Positions 10,016-18,120 of a DNA stretch of 64,000 bases are shown piece by piece. Position numbers and translations under genes: made by a program. Below the pieces are notes generated by a model. It worked only from the letters and a program-made list of their open reading frames with translations, did not search any database and was not told where the DNA came from. This DNA comes from a virus. Numbering within the stretch: the stretch's first letter is position 1; the number at the start of each line of letters is the position of its first letter. The stretch is taken from the IMG/VR virus record IMGVR_UViG_3300027822_000011. One strand, written 5' to 3'.

Positions 10016-10542
10016 TATAAACTTCCTTTTTCATAATAAGGACAATCTAAGCAAGCCAACATTTTACTACTTCCTTGATGTTTCATTGATTCAAGACAAA
10101 TATTACGATTTAAACAATCCCATGTTTCAGAACTTGATAAATCATCTTCTGTCTGTTTATAAAATTTTCCCAATCTATAATATTTAGTCCCTTTTTCTGG
10201 CTCAGAACTTTCACTAAATTTACTGCATATTCTACAAGTTGGGTTTTCCCTTAAATAAAACCCCCAAAATTCTGCCCCACATTTACATCTTTTATATTTA
10301 ATCAAAAATGGAGTTGGGTTTTCACAAGTACAAACTTCAACCATTTGTTTCTTTTTATTGCCAGGCAAAAGTAAATATTTTTTTCTGTTTTCCCTGGCTT
10401 TATCTTCCTTGAATTCAATAATACACTTTCTGCATTGATAAATTTGATAAACTAACCCATCTTTACATTTAGTCAAATCAATATCACCAACCCATGCTGG
10501 TTTATTCAATTGGGCTTTATTAAATCTTTTTAAATTTGTCAT
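10015..10542 (-). CDS. Cys-rich (zinc-binding) hypothetical protein lying between the two polymerase halves
   Basis: Multiple CxxC/CxC pairs; TAATG overlap with polA. Confidence 0.65.
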   Translation of the reverse strand: MTNLKRFNKAQLNKPAWVGDIDLTKCKDGLVYQIYQCRKCIIEFKEDKARENRKKYLLLPGNKKKQMVEVCTCENPTPFLIKYKRCKCGAEFWGFYLRENPTCRICSKFSESSEPEKGTKYYRLGKFYKQTEDDLSSSETWDCLNRNICLESMKHQGSSKMLACLDCPYYEKGSL

Positions 10543-10543
10543 T

Positions 10544-11767
10544 TCAACCTCTTTTCATCATTTCCATTTGTAATAAAGTCAACCCAAATCCATAAATTGA
10601 ATCAAGTCCACAATAAGTTAAAATAGATTTTTCACCATAATTTTTTATATATCGAAGGATATCATTAAAAGAATTTGCACCAAACTCATCCCCTGATTGT
10701 AAGAAAGGGCTTACATGTGAATCATAATCAGATACCCCAAAATTCACATAAGTTTGAAATTTTAAGCCATTCACTCCTTTTCTATTATCCAATATATGAG
10801 CATTGACCATCGTATCCCAATACCAATTTGCCACCTTTGCTTTCAAAATTATTAGTGACCACATATTTTCAAAACTTAAATTATGAGCACTCTTTTTCAC
10901 ATTTGGGTTTTCAAGAACTCTTTTAAAAAGCTTATTTCTGTAACCATTGTTCATCCACGAATAGCATTCTTTTTCTCCAATACAGGCTGATGTATTCGTA
11001 ATCACATGCCCCTTTTTATGGGGCTTTAATCCAGTACCCTCATAATCAAATGACATCAAATCTGCTTTCATAAGCCTTGGGTAAATTGATCTAAAATGTT
11101 TATCAGATTCAATATAAGTAATATATTTTTTTTCATCAGTATATTTTATTGAAGTATTTAACTTTGCTAATCCGGCTTTGATATCAAGCAACCAAACAAC
11201 TTCAGCCAAATTAATTTTTTTATAAATATCACGAGTTTCCACATATTTGGGAGAAAAAATAGGGCAAATCCATGTATCAAAATTTCTATCAGGAATTACC
11301 CAACCCCTCCACCTTTCCATGCCTCCCAACCCCTTTTTCCAATTTGCACCAATCACAGATTGAATAGCAGCTGCCCCCACTAAAAATACCAATTTTGGTT
11401 TATATTCTTTTATAATTTTTTTAACATTTTTTCTGCAACACATCACTTCTTTTTCTTCTGGTTTACTATCTTTGGGAATAGGGCAAGTGACCGCAAAAGT
11501 AGTCAAAGCATCTTGGTAAAGATTAATACCAACCTGTTTAAAAATATCTTTTATCAATTCACCCTTCCCCCCTTGCCAAGGTTTCCGTGCTCGATCTTCC
11601 TTTTTTGTTGGGGCTTCACCAATAATTAAAATCCTTTTACCAAATTTACCCCATGGTTTAATCCTACCTACTTTTGCTTTTTTGGACAAACCACAAGACG
11701 CACAGCTTAAAGGAATTTTAGTGATCTGATCACTTTTTACATCTTTTTTATCAAAAAAAGGTTTCAT
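10544..11767 (-). CDS. Uracil-DNA glycosylase (family 4)-like domain fused to a 3'-5' proofreading exonuclease (N-terminal half of the polymerase)
   Basis: CASCGL, ILIIGEAP, CP..C.. Fe-S pattern; then FDYEGTGL (ExoI), AHNLSFE (ExoII), YCGLD (ExoIII); start at MKPFF chosen by hand. Confidence 0.85.
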   Translation of the reverse strand: MKPFFDKKDVKSDQITKIPLSCASCGLSKKAKVGRIKPWGKFGKRILIIGEAPTKKEDRARKPWQGGKGELIKDIFKQVGINLYQDALTTFAVTCPIPKDSKPEEKEVMCCRKNVKKIIKEYKPKLVFLVGAAAIQSVIGANWKKGLGGMERWRGWVIPDRNFDTWICPIFSPKYVETRDIYKKINLAEVVWLLDIKAGLAKLNTSIKYTDEKKYITYIESDKHFRSIYPRLMKADLMSFDYEGTGLKPHKKGHVITNTSACIGEKECYSWMNNGYRNKLFKRVLENPNVKKSAHNLSFENMWSLIILKAKVANWYWDTMVNAHILDNRKGVNGLKFQTYVNFGVSDYDSHVSPFLQSGDEFGANSFNDILRYIKNYGEKSILTYCGLDSIYGFGLTLLQMEMMKRG

Positions 11768-11778
11768 AAGATTACCTT

Positions 11779-12795
11779 TTATTCCGGAGAAATATTGACA
11801 ACATATTCCCATTTATCAGATTTAAATTTTAAAAGCCCGTTTTTATTATCCAGCTTTGCCACCATACTGCTTTTTAAAATATCTTTAAGGAAAAACGGAT
11901 TAATCTCAAATTTTACTTTCCTTTTTGATTTAGTTGAAATCTTTTCTTCAAACCAACCCTGGATACATTTACTTTTCACTTTCATAGATTCTTTTTTAAT
12001 AGAAAGATGTATATTTTTTTCGTCTTCATCTTCACCAATAAAATCAACAGCCCGATCAATCACCCCTTTTAATTTATCTGGAAAACTCAATGATTTTCCT
12101 TTGATATCATACAAAAAAGAAGTATCTGGAAATGAAGTATTTGCATACATCCTGCAGGATATAATCACATTATCTTTTGTTTTGAAATGAACCCAATTTT
12201 TCGTAATTGAATATGTAGTAATCGGGTGATTCAAAATGGATGGGGCAGAAGTAGCCGGTAAAAGAAATTCCTTGTTAATAACCTTTTCCATTTTATATTT
12301 AAAACCCCGGTGACCATTTGAACTTTGAACTTGATCACCAGCAATATGAAGACAGGTCAATTTAGGTGCAGAGGCATCAGATCCGGCAGCAAAAATACTA
12401 AGTCTGATTCCTTCGGTAAAATCACTTGGTAATTTTTTCCATTTTTTAACAGGGGCTCCAAGTTCTTCCAAACTGACTTGTCCTTCTGGATTAATAGGCA
12501 ATCCAGCTTTTGATTTACTACTTTTAATCAGCAGGTCTTTCCCTTTCATCACCACTTTGATATACCCATCAGAATCAGGAATTACCTTTTGAATATGGGC
12601 ATGGAGTTTGTCAGCTTTTACAGTTCCAGTAAAAGAATGGTCAAGGGGGCATTTAACCGCAATTACATCATTGTAAGTGATCATTAAACCATCTATAAAT
12701 GTAACCGAATCGGCAAACTCAATAATATCCTTATTTGAAAGTCCTGGTTTAATGGCATCCAATTTTTCAAGAAATTGTTCTTTTTTAATTTTCAT
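11779..12795 (-). CDS. DNA polymerase sliding clamp (DnaN beta-like)
   Basis: 338 aa with three-domain clamp-like pattern (SSNGHRG, FPD, INPFFLKDIL); context of polymerase and clamp loader. Confidence 0.75.
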   Translation of the reverse strand: MKIKKEQFLEKLDAIKPGLSNKDIIEFADSVTFIDGLMITYNDVIAVKCPLDHSFTGTVKADKLHAHIQKVIPDSDGYIKVVMKGKDLLIKSSKSKAGLPINPEGQVSLEELGAPVKKWKKLPSDFTEGIRLSIFAAGSDASAPKLTCLHIAGDQVQSSNGHRGFKYKMEKVINKEFLLPATSAPSILNHPITTYSITKNWVHFKTKDNVIISCRMYANTSFPDTSFLYDIKGKSLSFPDKLKGVIDRAVDFIGEDEDEKNIHLSIKKESMKVKSKCIQGWFEEKISTKSKRKVKFEINPFFLKDILKSSMVAKLDNKNGLLKFKSDKWEYVVNISPE

Positions 12796-12807
12796 TATTT
12801 TTTCCTT

Positions 12808-13035
12808 TTATATATGTTTCCATTTTTCACGACGTATTATTTTACCAACATGATCCATACTTATTCCATATAACTTTCCTAATTTTTTGTAAGTATAACC
12901 CCCCTCTGCATATTTATCTCGCATTCTTGATACTGTTAACTCAGTCATTTTTGATTTGTGATGAGCACTCCCAGTTCCTGCTTTAATAAGTTCCCCTTTA
13001 AAAAATAACATATTAACCCCAAAAAACCCAAGCAA
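12808..13035 (-). CDS. Stand-alone HTH resembling the C-terminal domain of local HNH endonucleases
   Basis: SKMTELTV..MR..Y..G.YT.KKLGKLYGIS...VGKIIRREKWKHI parallels the HNH C-termini at 7063, 13247 and 38039. Confidence 0.55.
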   Translation of the reverse strand: MLGFFGVNMLFFKGELIKAGTGSAHHKSKMTELTVSRMRDKYAEGGYTYKKLGKLYGISMDHVGKIIRREKWKHI

Positions 13036-13231
13036 TACCTGTTGATTTCATGGTAATACAGAATCCTGCTCGCTCCAATCTGGTTGAGTCAGCAACCGAC
13101 ATCTTTTCAATATTAACGCCTTCTTTTCCCGCCCTGGCAGCTGATCTGATTTGGTCACAGGCTTCATAATATTTACTGTTAAATGTATCCACCAAATTTC
13201 TGGCTTCCTCTAAAGTAATTTCTTTACTCAT
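13013..13231 (-). CDS. Hypothetical protein
   Basis: 72-aa ORF with GGAG RBS. Confidence 0.55.
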   Translation of the reverse strand: MSKEITLEEARNLVDTFNSKYYEACDQIRSAARAGKEGVNIEKMSVADSTRLERAGFCITMKSTGIAWVFWG

Positions 13232-13246
13232 TTGTTCACTCCTTTT

Positions 13247-13757
13247 TTAAAGGTGTTTCCATCTTATTTTTCTAATTATTCGTGAAATAGTTGTTTGAGC
13301 AACCTCAAATCTTTTTGCTAATTTTTCTTGACTATACTTTCCACTTTTATACAATTTTCTTATCCTGTTAACTTGATATTCAGATAATTTACATCCAGGA
13401 TGACTTATCCCATATGGCATTAAATTATTTTCTGCAGCATGTATCATATTTTCTTGATGAGTCATCCACTCAAGATTATTCCACCAATTATTACCACAAT
13501 TACCATCTTTGTGATTACATTCATGAATTGGTGATGGTTTTGGTGGACCAAAATGAATTAAAACCAATAAATGGATATCTTTATGATAAAAGGTTTTATC
13601 TTGATAAAGTCCAACATACTTTCTACCTCCTAAATTTTTAGCGTGTTTTAATATTCTTGTAATCTTCCCTTTAAACAATCTAACTCTACCAAAACATGAA
13701 ATTTGATAATACAAAAAAACCCTCAATATCTTTCCATCTTTCGGTATTTCTTTTCAT
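13247..13757 (-). pseudogene. NUMOD4-HNH endonuclease with a 1-nt frameshift in a T7 run near its start
   Basis: ATG 13757 gives MKRNTERWKDIEGF; removing one T joins it to LYYQISCFGRV and the HNH motif CNHKDGNCGNNWWNNLEW. Confidence 0.7.
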
Positions 13758-13906
13758 TTATTAAGACCCTTCCGCACATATTTTTTGACCTGATCTGCTT
13801 TAGTAAGAGTATGAAAATAACTTATCAATCTTTCTTTTGCCTTTTGCTTAGTAAGTGATTTTCCTTGCCCTGGTTCCAAAAGCCAGGTAGCTAAATAAAT
13901 CCTCAT
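13754..13906 (-). CDS. Mini-ORF of the TGT N-terminal-module family (50 aa)
   Basis: MRIYLATWLLEPGQGKSLTKQKAKERLISYFHTLTKADQVKKYVRKGLNK; ATGA overlaps. Confidence 0.75.
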   Translation of the reverse strand: MRIYLATWLLEPGQGKSLTKQKAKERLISYFHTLTKADQVKKYVRKGLNK

Positions 13907-14058
13907 CGTTTGGCCTTTTTTATTATTTTAAAAGAAAGCAAAGCATTAAACAACTTTGCATTAATTTCATAAAACGAAAGTAATCTATGATTTTTACGAA
14001 GCAAGAACTCCCTTTCTTTTGTTTTTCCAGCCACACTTCCTGCTAATATAATTTTCAT
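13903..14058 (-). CDS. Mini-ORF of the TGT N-terminal-module family (51 aa)
   Basis: MKIILAGSVAGKTKEREFLLRKNHRLLSFYEINAKLFNALLSFKIIKKAKR; ATGA overlaps. Confidence 0.75.
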   Translation of the reverse strand: MKIILAGSVAGKTKEREFLLRKNHRLLSFYEINAKLFNALLSFKIIKKAKR

Positions 14059-14234
14059 TTCTTTACCCCTAATAATCTATGATTAATGCGCCGTATTTCT
14101 TTGAAAACATTGCCGCAATATAAATCATTAATCTTGATACTCCAATAGCTTAAAAGGCGTTCTTTTATATCACACATCCTTTTTCCTGAAGTGGCTTCAG
14201 TCCCTGGGGCGGTACTTGCCAGATAAATTTTCAT
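14055..14234 (-). CDS. Mini-ORF of the TGT N-terminal-module family (59 aa)
   Basis: MKIYLASTAPGTEATSGKRMCDIKERLLSYWSIKINDLY...; ATGA overlaps. Confidence 0.75.
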   Translation of the reverse strand: MKIYLASTAPGTEATSGKRMCDIKERLLSYWSIKINDLYCGNVFKEIRRINHRLLGVKK

Positions 14235-14572
14235 TTCTTTACCCACGAAAGATTACTACTCCAATTATTGGTTTTATCCCCATCTTTAAAATGAACTTTA
14301 TATTGATATAACAATGCAGGCATTGGTGGCTTAAAATGAAGCAAAACCAAATGATGTATGTATAATACATGATATTCTTCTCTATCATTAATAACAACAA
14401 ATGAAAGACCCTTTTCATCCTTTTCAATTGGCAAAAATCTTTCGTTCAAAAAAGCAGGAACTCTTTTACCAAAATTAGCAATTTCACACGACTTAACTCT
14501 GCCCAGATTTGAAATAAAATAGTAATCAAGTCCTGTTATTTGTTTCCAGATTTCAAAGTTTCTTTTTATCAT
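14231..14572 (-). CDS. Short or degenerate NUMOD4-HNH protein
   Basis: EIWKQITGLDYYFISNLGRVKS; HFKDGDKTNNWSSNLSW. Confidence 0.7.
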   Translation of the reverse strand: MIKRNFEIWKQITGLDYYFISNLGRVKSCEIANFGKRVPAFLNERFLPIEKDEKGLSFVVINDREEYHVLYIHHLVLLHFKPPMPALLYQYKVHFKDGDKTNNWSSNLSWVKK

Positions 14573-16644
14573 TTTTCAAAAAAACCTTTCATTCTGCTTT
14601 TCAATATAAACGGCCAGGGCCAAGGTTTCATTTTCTTTTCCAAATCCAAGAAATAAATAATGTTCAATTCATCCCGCATTTTGTAATCATTACAAAGCCC
14701 CGGCTTAATAATTGTTTCAACAATACTTTCTTTCTTTTTATTCCATTTTTCATTTTTCTTTAAAACATATGTATCTGGGTTTTCATTCCTGAATGATGAT
14801 TTGCCCATTTTAAAGCCCTTTGCTTTATAATACTTTTTAAAAATTTTCTGTTGAACTGGGCTGAAAGTTTTGAAATGGGCTTCTTTCTTTTTTGCTGCTG
14901 GTGATTTACTACTAACCGTTATTTTTAATGGGTTTTTGTGATAATCATATTGACCATTACTTCTTCTGGGGATCAAGATTCCACCCATACGACCGGTCAT
15001 TACCCATGAAGTTGAATCAACCGAATTACCAGTAACATATATTTTATCATTACATCTCGTAAAAAAAGCCTTTGAAGGTACCCTGACACACCATAAATTA
15101 CCAGTATACTTTACTTCTTTTTGTTTTACTTCTTTAAAATAAATCCAATCAACTGAAGAACTATTTAAACCTTTCAACCCTTTCTTAGTAGAATAAATTG
15201 AAGTTGGAATTTCAAGAAGTAAACAAGCAATTCTAATTATTTCTAAATTATGTTTTTTTACTTTTCTTGATACTGCTATTGCAAAACCCTTTTTACGAAT
15301 TAATTTAGTAATAGACCCATCTGCTAAAACTGAACAATCAATAAATCTTTGTAATTGATCTCTAGTCAAGTCCCAAATAAAATGGATAGGAAGTTTTTTA
15401 TTAGGAGCTATCTCCAATAAAAAATCACGAATCTCCCCATATAATTCAAACCAATTTTCACCTTTACAATGAGCTTCATGTGATTCATCAAGTGCTCTTT
15501 GAATCCTTTCCACCTTCCCAAAATTAACCGAATCAGATTGATATAACATAACAGAATCTTTTTTATATTTTGATCTTTTTTTAATACTTCCATCTGTCCA
15601 AAACCAAGCAAGTAATTCAACCTGTTCATTTGTGTATTTTTTTTCAACCGGAAAAGAATATTTACCAACTCTTGGAATACAATCTCCAATTTTCATTGAA
15701 TTAGTTGTTCTAAATTTCCAATTTTCTTTTTTATTATTTTGATTAGTTGTTACCCAATTATGATTGTGAGTAACTCTTGCAGAAAAATTTCTATTATCCA
15801 TTGCAACCAAATCAATATTTTTTACTGGAAAAACTGGAATTTCAAGAATAGACTCCCACTGAGCTTTTCCTTGTGAATAACATAAAATATCTTCTCCAAC
15901 TTCTAAATCATTTTTAAACTTCCAACCTGATTTTGTAAGTACTTCGTGATCTTCTTCAGTCATACAATACCAAGGATACCGAAGCATCAGAGATAAGGAA
16001 GTCATACCAAACCCATGAATCTTAACCCGAGGTATTCCATCTTTATCACAAATATGATTTAAAAAGATATCATCAAGCCAGGGGCGCAAATCTTTTGTTG
16101 ATATTGGAACCATCCCACCAAGGGCAACATACTTGTATCCTTTCAAATACTTTTTTAAATATTTAATCGGTTCCCCAAAATGATAACAAGGTAATGGGCT
16201 CAATCCGGCTTTTTCCATTATCCGTTGATTTTTCAAAGTTTCATCTGGATCACCAATGGCATCCAAATTTGCGTAAACATCAATATATTCAATATTACTT
16301 TTAATAAATGCAATATATTCGTGAATATTAATTACGGCATTTTGTGACCAAGCTGAATAAGCCCCAGAATCCAAAAACAAATTTACCTTATTTTGTTTAT
16401 TTTTAGTTTTCATATACTCACCTATATTCCATTTTTTATTATATAACCATTTTAACTGATCAACTTTTTTAATCGGAAACTCATACCCATTTTCTTGTTT
16501 AATACAAAAACATTCGGTAATATCTTTATGCTTCAATACAGAATGACTGGCAAATGAATGTAATCTTTTATTAAATAAAGAGCAAATCTCCCTTTCCCTT
16601 TCCTTTGAATGAAACCCAGTGTTGCCATAAAAAAATAAGTGCAT
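14569..16644 (-). CDS. TGT-fold (DpdA-like) 7-deazaguanine insertion enzyme containing an intein
   Basis: LFLDSGAYSAW, ANLDAIGD, PCYHFGE, VALGGMV, KIHGFG and, after the intein, SVDSTSW; located in the que cluster. Confidence 0.8.
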   Translation of the reverse strand: MHLFFYGNTGFHSKEREREICSLFNKRLHSFASHSVLKHKDITECFCIKQENGYEFPIKKVDQLKWLYNKKWNIGEYMKTKNKQNKVNLFLDSGAYSAWSQNAVINIHEYIAFIKSNIEYIDVYANLDAIGDPDETLKNQRIMEKAGLSPLPCYHFGEPIKYLKKYLKGYKYVALGGMVPISTKDLRPWLDDIFLNHICDKDGIPRVKIHGFGMTSLSLMLRYPWYCMTEEDHEVLTKSGWKFKNDLEVGEDILCYSQGKAQWESILEIPVFPVKNIDLVAMDNRNFSARVTHNHNWVTTNQNNKKENWKFRTTNSMKIGDCIPRVGKYSFPVEKKYTNEQVELLAWFWTDGSIKKRSKYKKDSVMLYQSDSVNFGKVERIQRALDESHEAHCKGENWFELYGEIRDFLLEIAPNKKLPIHFIWDLTRDQLQRFIDCSVLADGSITKLIRKKGFAIAVSRKVKKHNLEIIRIACLLLEIPTSIYSTKKGLKGLNSSSVDWIYFKEVKQKEVKYTGNLWCVRVPSKAFFTRCNDKIYVTGNSVDSTSWVMTGRMGGILIPRRSNGQYDYHKNPLKITVSSKSPAAKKKEAHFKTFSPVQQKIFKKYYKAKGFKMGKSSFRNENPDTYVLKKNEKWNKKKESIVETIIKPGLCNDYKMRDELNIIYFLDLEKKMKPWPWPFILKSRMKGFFEK
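15025..15966 (-). mobile_element. Intein (314 aa) with LAGLIDADG homing endonuclease
   Basis: Starts PWY|CMTEEDHEVLT; block B RVTHNH; ELLAWFWTDGS and VLADGS endonuclease motifs; ends YVTGN|SVDS (Cys1, terminal Asn, +1 Ser). Confidence 0.9.
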
Positions 16645-16862
16645 TATTCAATCCTCTGTATACTACTCAATTCAAATTTGGCAATACCATTTTCAAGGAG
16701 TGCCACCAAATTTAAAGCCTCATCACATGCTTCTTTTTGTAAAGAATCTCTGGCATATATCAATATTTCTTTAAATTTATACATCTCATCTTCTGTTTCT
16801 ATATGGATAGCAAATGGAATAAACACCTTTTTTATTTCAATAATTTTCATAACTTCACCCAT
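16644..16862 (-). CDS. Hypothetical protein
   Basis: 72-aa ORF coupled to the TGT-like gene. Confidence 0.5.
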   Translation of the reverse strand: MGEVMKIIEIKKVFIPFAIHIETEDEMYKFKEILIYARDSLQKEACDEALNLVALLENGIAKFELSSIQRIE

Positions 16863-17071
16863 ATTCCATTTGATTTAGTATATCCATTTTGATTAAAACC
16901 AGCTTTAACCGTTTTTAATATCTCATCCATTTTGTCAAGAATTTGTTTAAATTCACCAGATTGAGAATGGGGCTGAACTCCGGTATATTCCCAATTTCCT
17001 TTCCAAAGTTCTTTTTTATCAAAATTTGACTTTTCTTTTCCGAGTTGATCCCAACTTTGTTTAAGTGTCAT
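16847..17071 (-). CDS. Hypothetical protein
   Basis: 74-aa ORF with AAGGAG RBS. Confidence 0.5.
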   Translation of the reverse strand: MTLKQSWDQLGKEKSNFDKKELWKGNWEYTGVQPHSQSGEFKQILDKMDEILKTVKAGFNQNGYTKSNGIWVKL

Positions 17072-17137
17072 TTAATTTCTCCTTTTTAAAGATACCAAAC
17101 CGTTTTAATCTTCGCCATTGTTTATCACAGGGGTGAA

Positions 17138-17242
17138 TCACAATATTTCAAAATATGAAAGCATTCTACCCCTGAATAAACGATTAGTATTAACCCTGGT
17201 AATAGGGCTTAAACCACCATTTCCAGCAAAGAAAATTTTCAT
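17138..17242 (-). CDS. Mini-ORF of the TGT N-terminal-module family (34 aa, possibly truncated by a frameshift)
   Basis: MKIFFAGNGGLSPITRVNTNRLFRGRMLSYFEIL; begins 3 nt after the yhhQ stop. Confidence 0.65.
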   Translation of the reverse strand: MKIFFAGNGGLSPITRVNTNRLFRGRMLSYFEIL

Positions 17243-17245
17243 CTT

Positions 17246-17803
17246 TTAGTCTATTAACTCTTCTAAATCTTTCAACCATCCTGTGGCATCTGGCTCTAAT
17301 GTGGATAATGTAAAATCCCAATGAATTCGTTTTTCTTTAATAAATGGTAAGACAAAAAGTCCTGATACATATTTAATCAAAGCCTGCCCCCAAATAGCTG
17401 GCCAATACCATCCAAAAGCAATGGAAACAAAAATCATTGAATCCAACGGACATGAAAGAATATTTGAAAAAATTATTCGTTTTTTCAAAGATACTTTCAA
17501 ATATTTAAAAATGTACCAATCCACAAATTCAGAAACTCCAAAAGCTGCCACCGATGCTAAAGCCACTTTTTGATTTAAAAAAAAAGTAATAAAAGTAGCA
17601 AGTATCATCCAAAGCCAGCAAGCTTTATCTCCCCATTTCCTTTGAACAAAATCCCGAAAAGAAAAAGTTAACCCCACAAAAATTACTCCTGCAGGAAAAG
17701 CCAACCCAGCAACTTTAACTATACCAAACCAGAGTACAAAAAGATTCCCTAAAAGAATTGATACAAGATACATAATTGGCCAAAAATACTTATTTTTTGT
17801 CAT
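17246..17803 (-). CDS. yhhQ: YhhQ/QPTR (VUT family) preQ0/preQ1 transporter-like membrane protein
   Basis: Multi-TM protein with GLTFSFRDFVQRKWG, ASVAAFGVSEFVDW, LDSMIFVSIAFG; in the que cluster. Confidence 0.8.
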   Translation of the reverse strand: MTKNKYFWPIMYLVSILLGNLFVLWFGIVKVAGLAFPAGVIFVGLTFSFRDFVQRKWGDKACWLWMILATFITFFLNQKVALASVAAFGVSEFVDWYIFKYLKVSLKKRIIFSNILSCPLDSMIFVSIAFGWYWPAIWGQALIKYVSGLFVLPFIKEKRIHWDFTLSTLEPDATGWLKDLEELID

Positions 17804-17806
17804 AAT

Positions 17807-17968
17807 TCATCTCCTATTTTTTAAAAGATTAAATGCCCGTTTTTGATAATGTTGGTCTCTTTCATCATATCTTATTTCAAAAAATGATAAAAGCCTTTTC
17901 CGCAAAACAAGTAACCAACCAGTTTCCCTTTTTTTAAAACCTGAACTACCTGCCATATAGATTAACAT
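17807..17968 (-). CDS. Mini-ORF of the TGT N-terminal-module family (53 aa)
   Basis: MLIYMAGSSGFKKRETGWLLVLRKRLLSFFEIRYDERDQHYQKRAFNLLKNRR. Confidence 0.75.
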   Translation of the reverse strand: MLIYMAGSSGFKKRETGWLLVLRKRLLSFFEIRYDERDQHYQKRAFNLLKNRR

Positions 17969-18120
17969 AATGATTTCCAAAACAAAAAAACCTGCCGCAT
18001 TGTAATATCAATTTTATGAAAATAATAAGAATATAGCCGGCGTTTAATCACTCCATGTTTAATCAATTCCTTTTCTTCCCTTACCCGATCAGGAATATTG
18101 CCGGCTAAATAAATAATCAT
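17962..18120 (-). CDS. Mini-ORF of the TGT N-terminal-module family (52 aa)
   Basis: MIIYLAGNIPDRVREEKELIKHGVIKRRLYSYYFHKIDITMRQVFLFWKSLC; ATGA overlap with the folE stop. Confidence 0.75.
   Translation of the reverse strand: MIIYLAGNIPDRVREEKELIKHGVIKRRLYSYYFHKIDITMRQVFLFWKSLC

Noticed and set aside
10015-10546. Group I intron splitting the polymerase, as in SPO1
   Set aside because: The insert is fully occupied by a coupled ORF with no room for intron core elements, and I see no P/Q/R/S motifs or homing-nuclease signature. RT-PCR would settle it.
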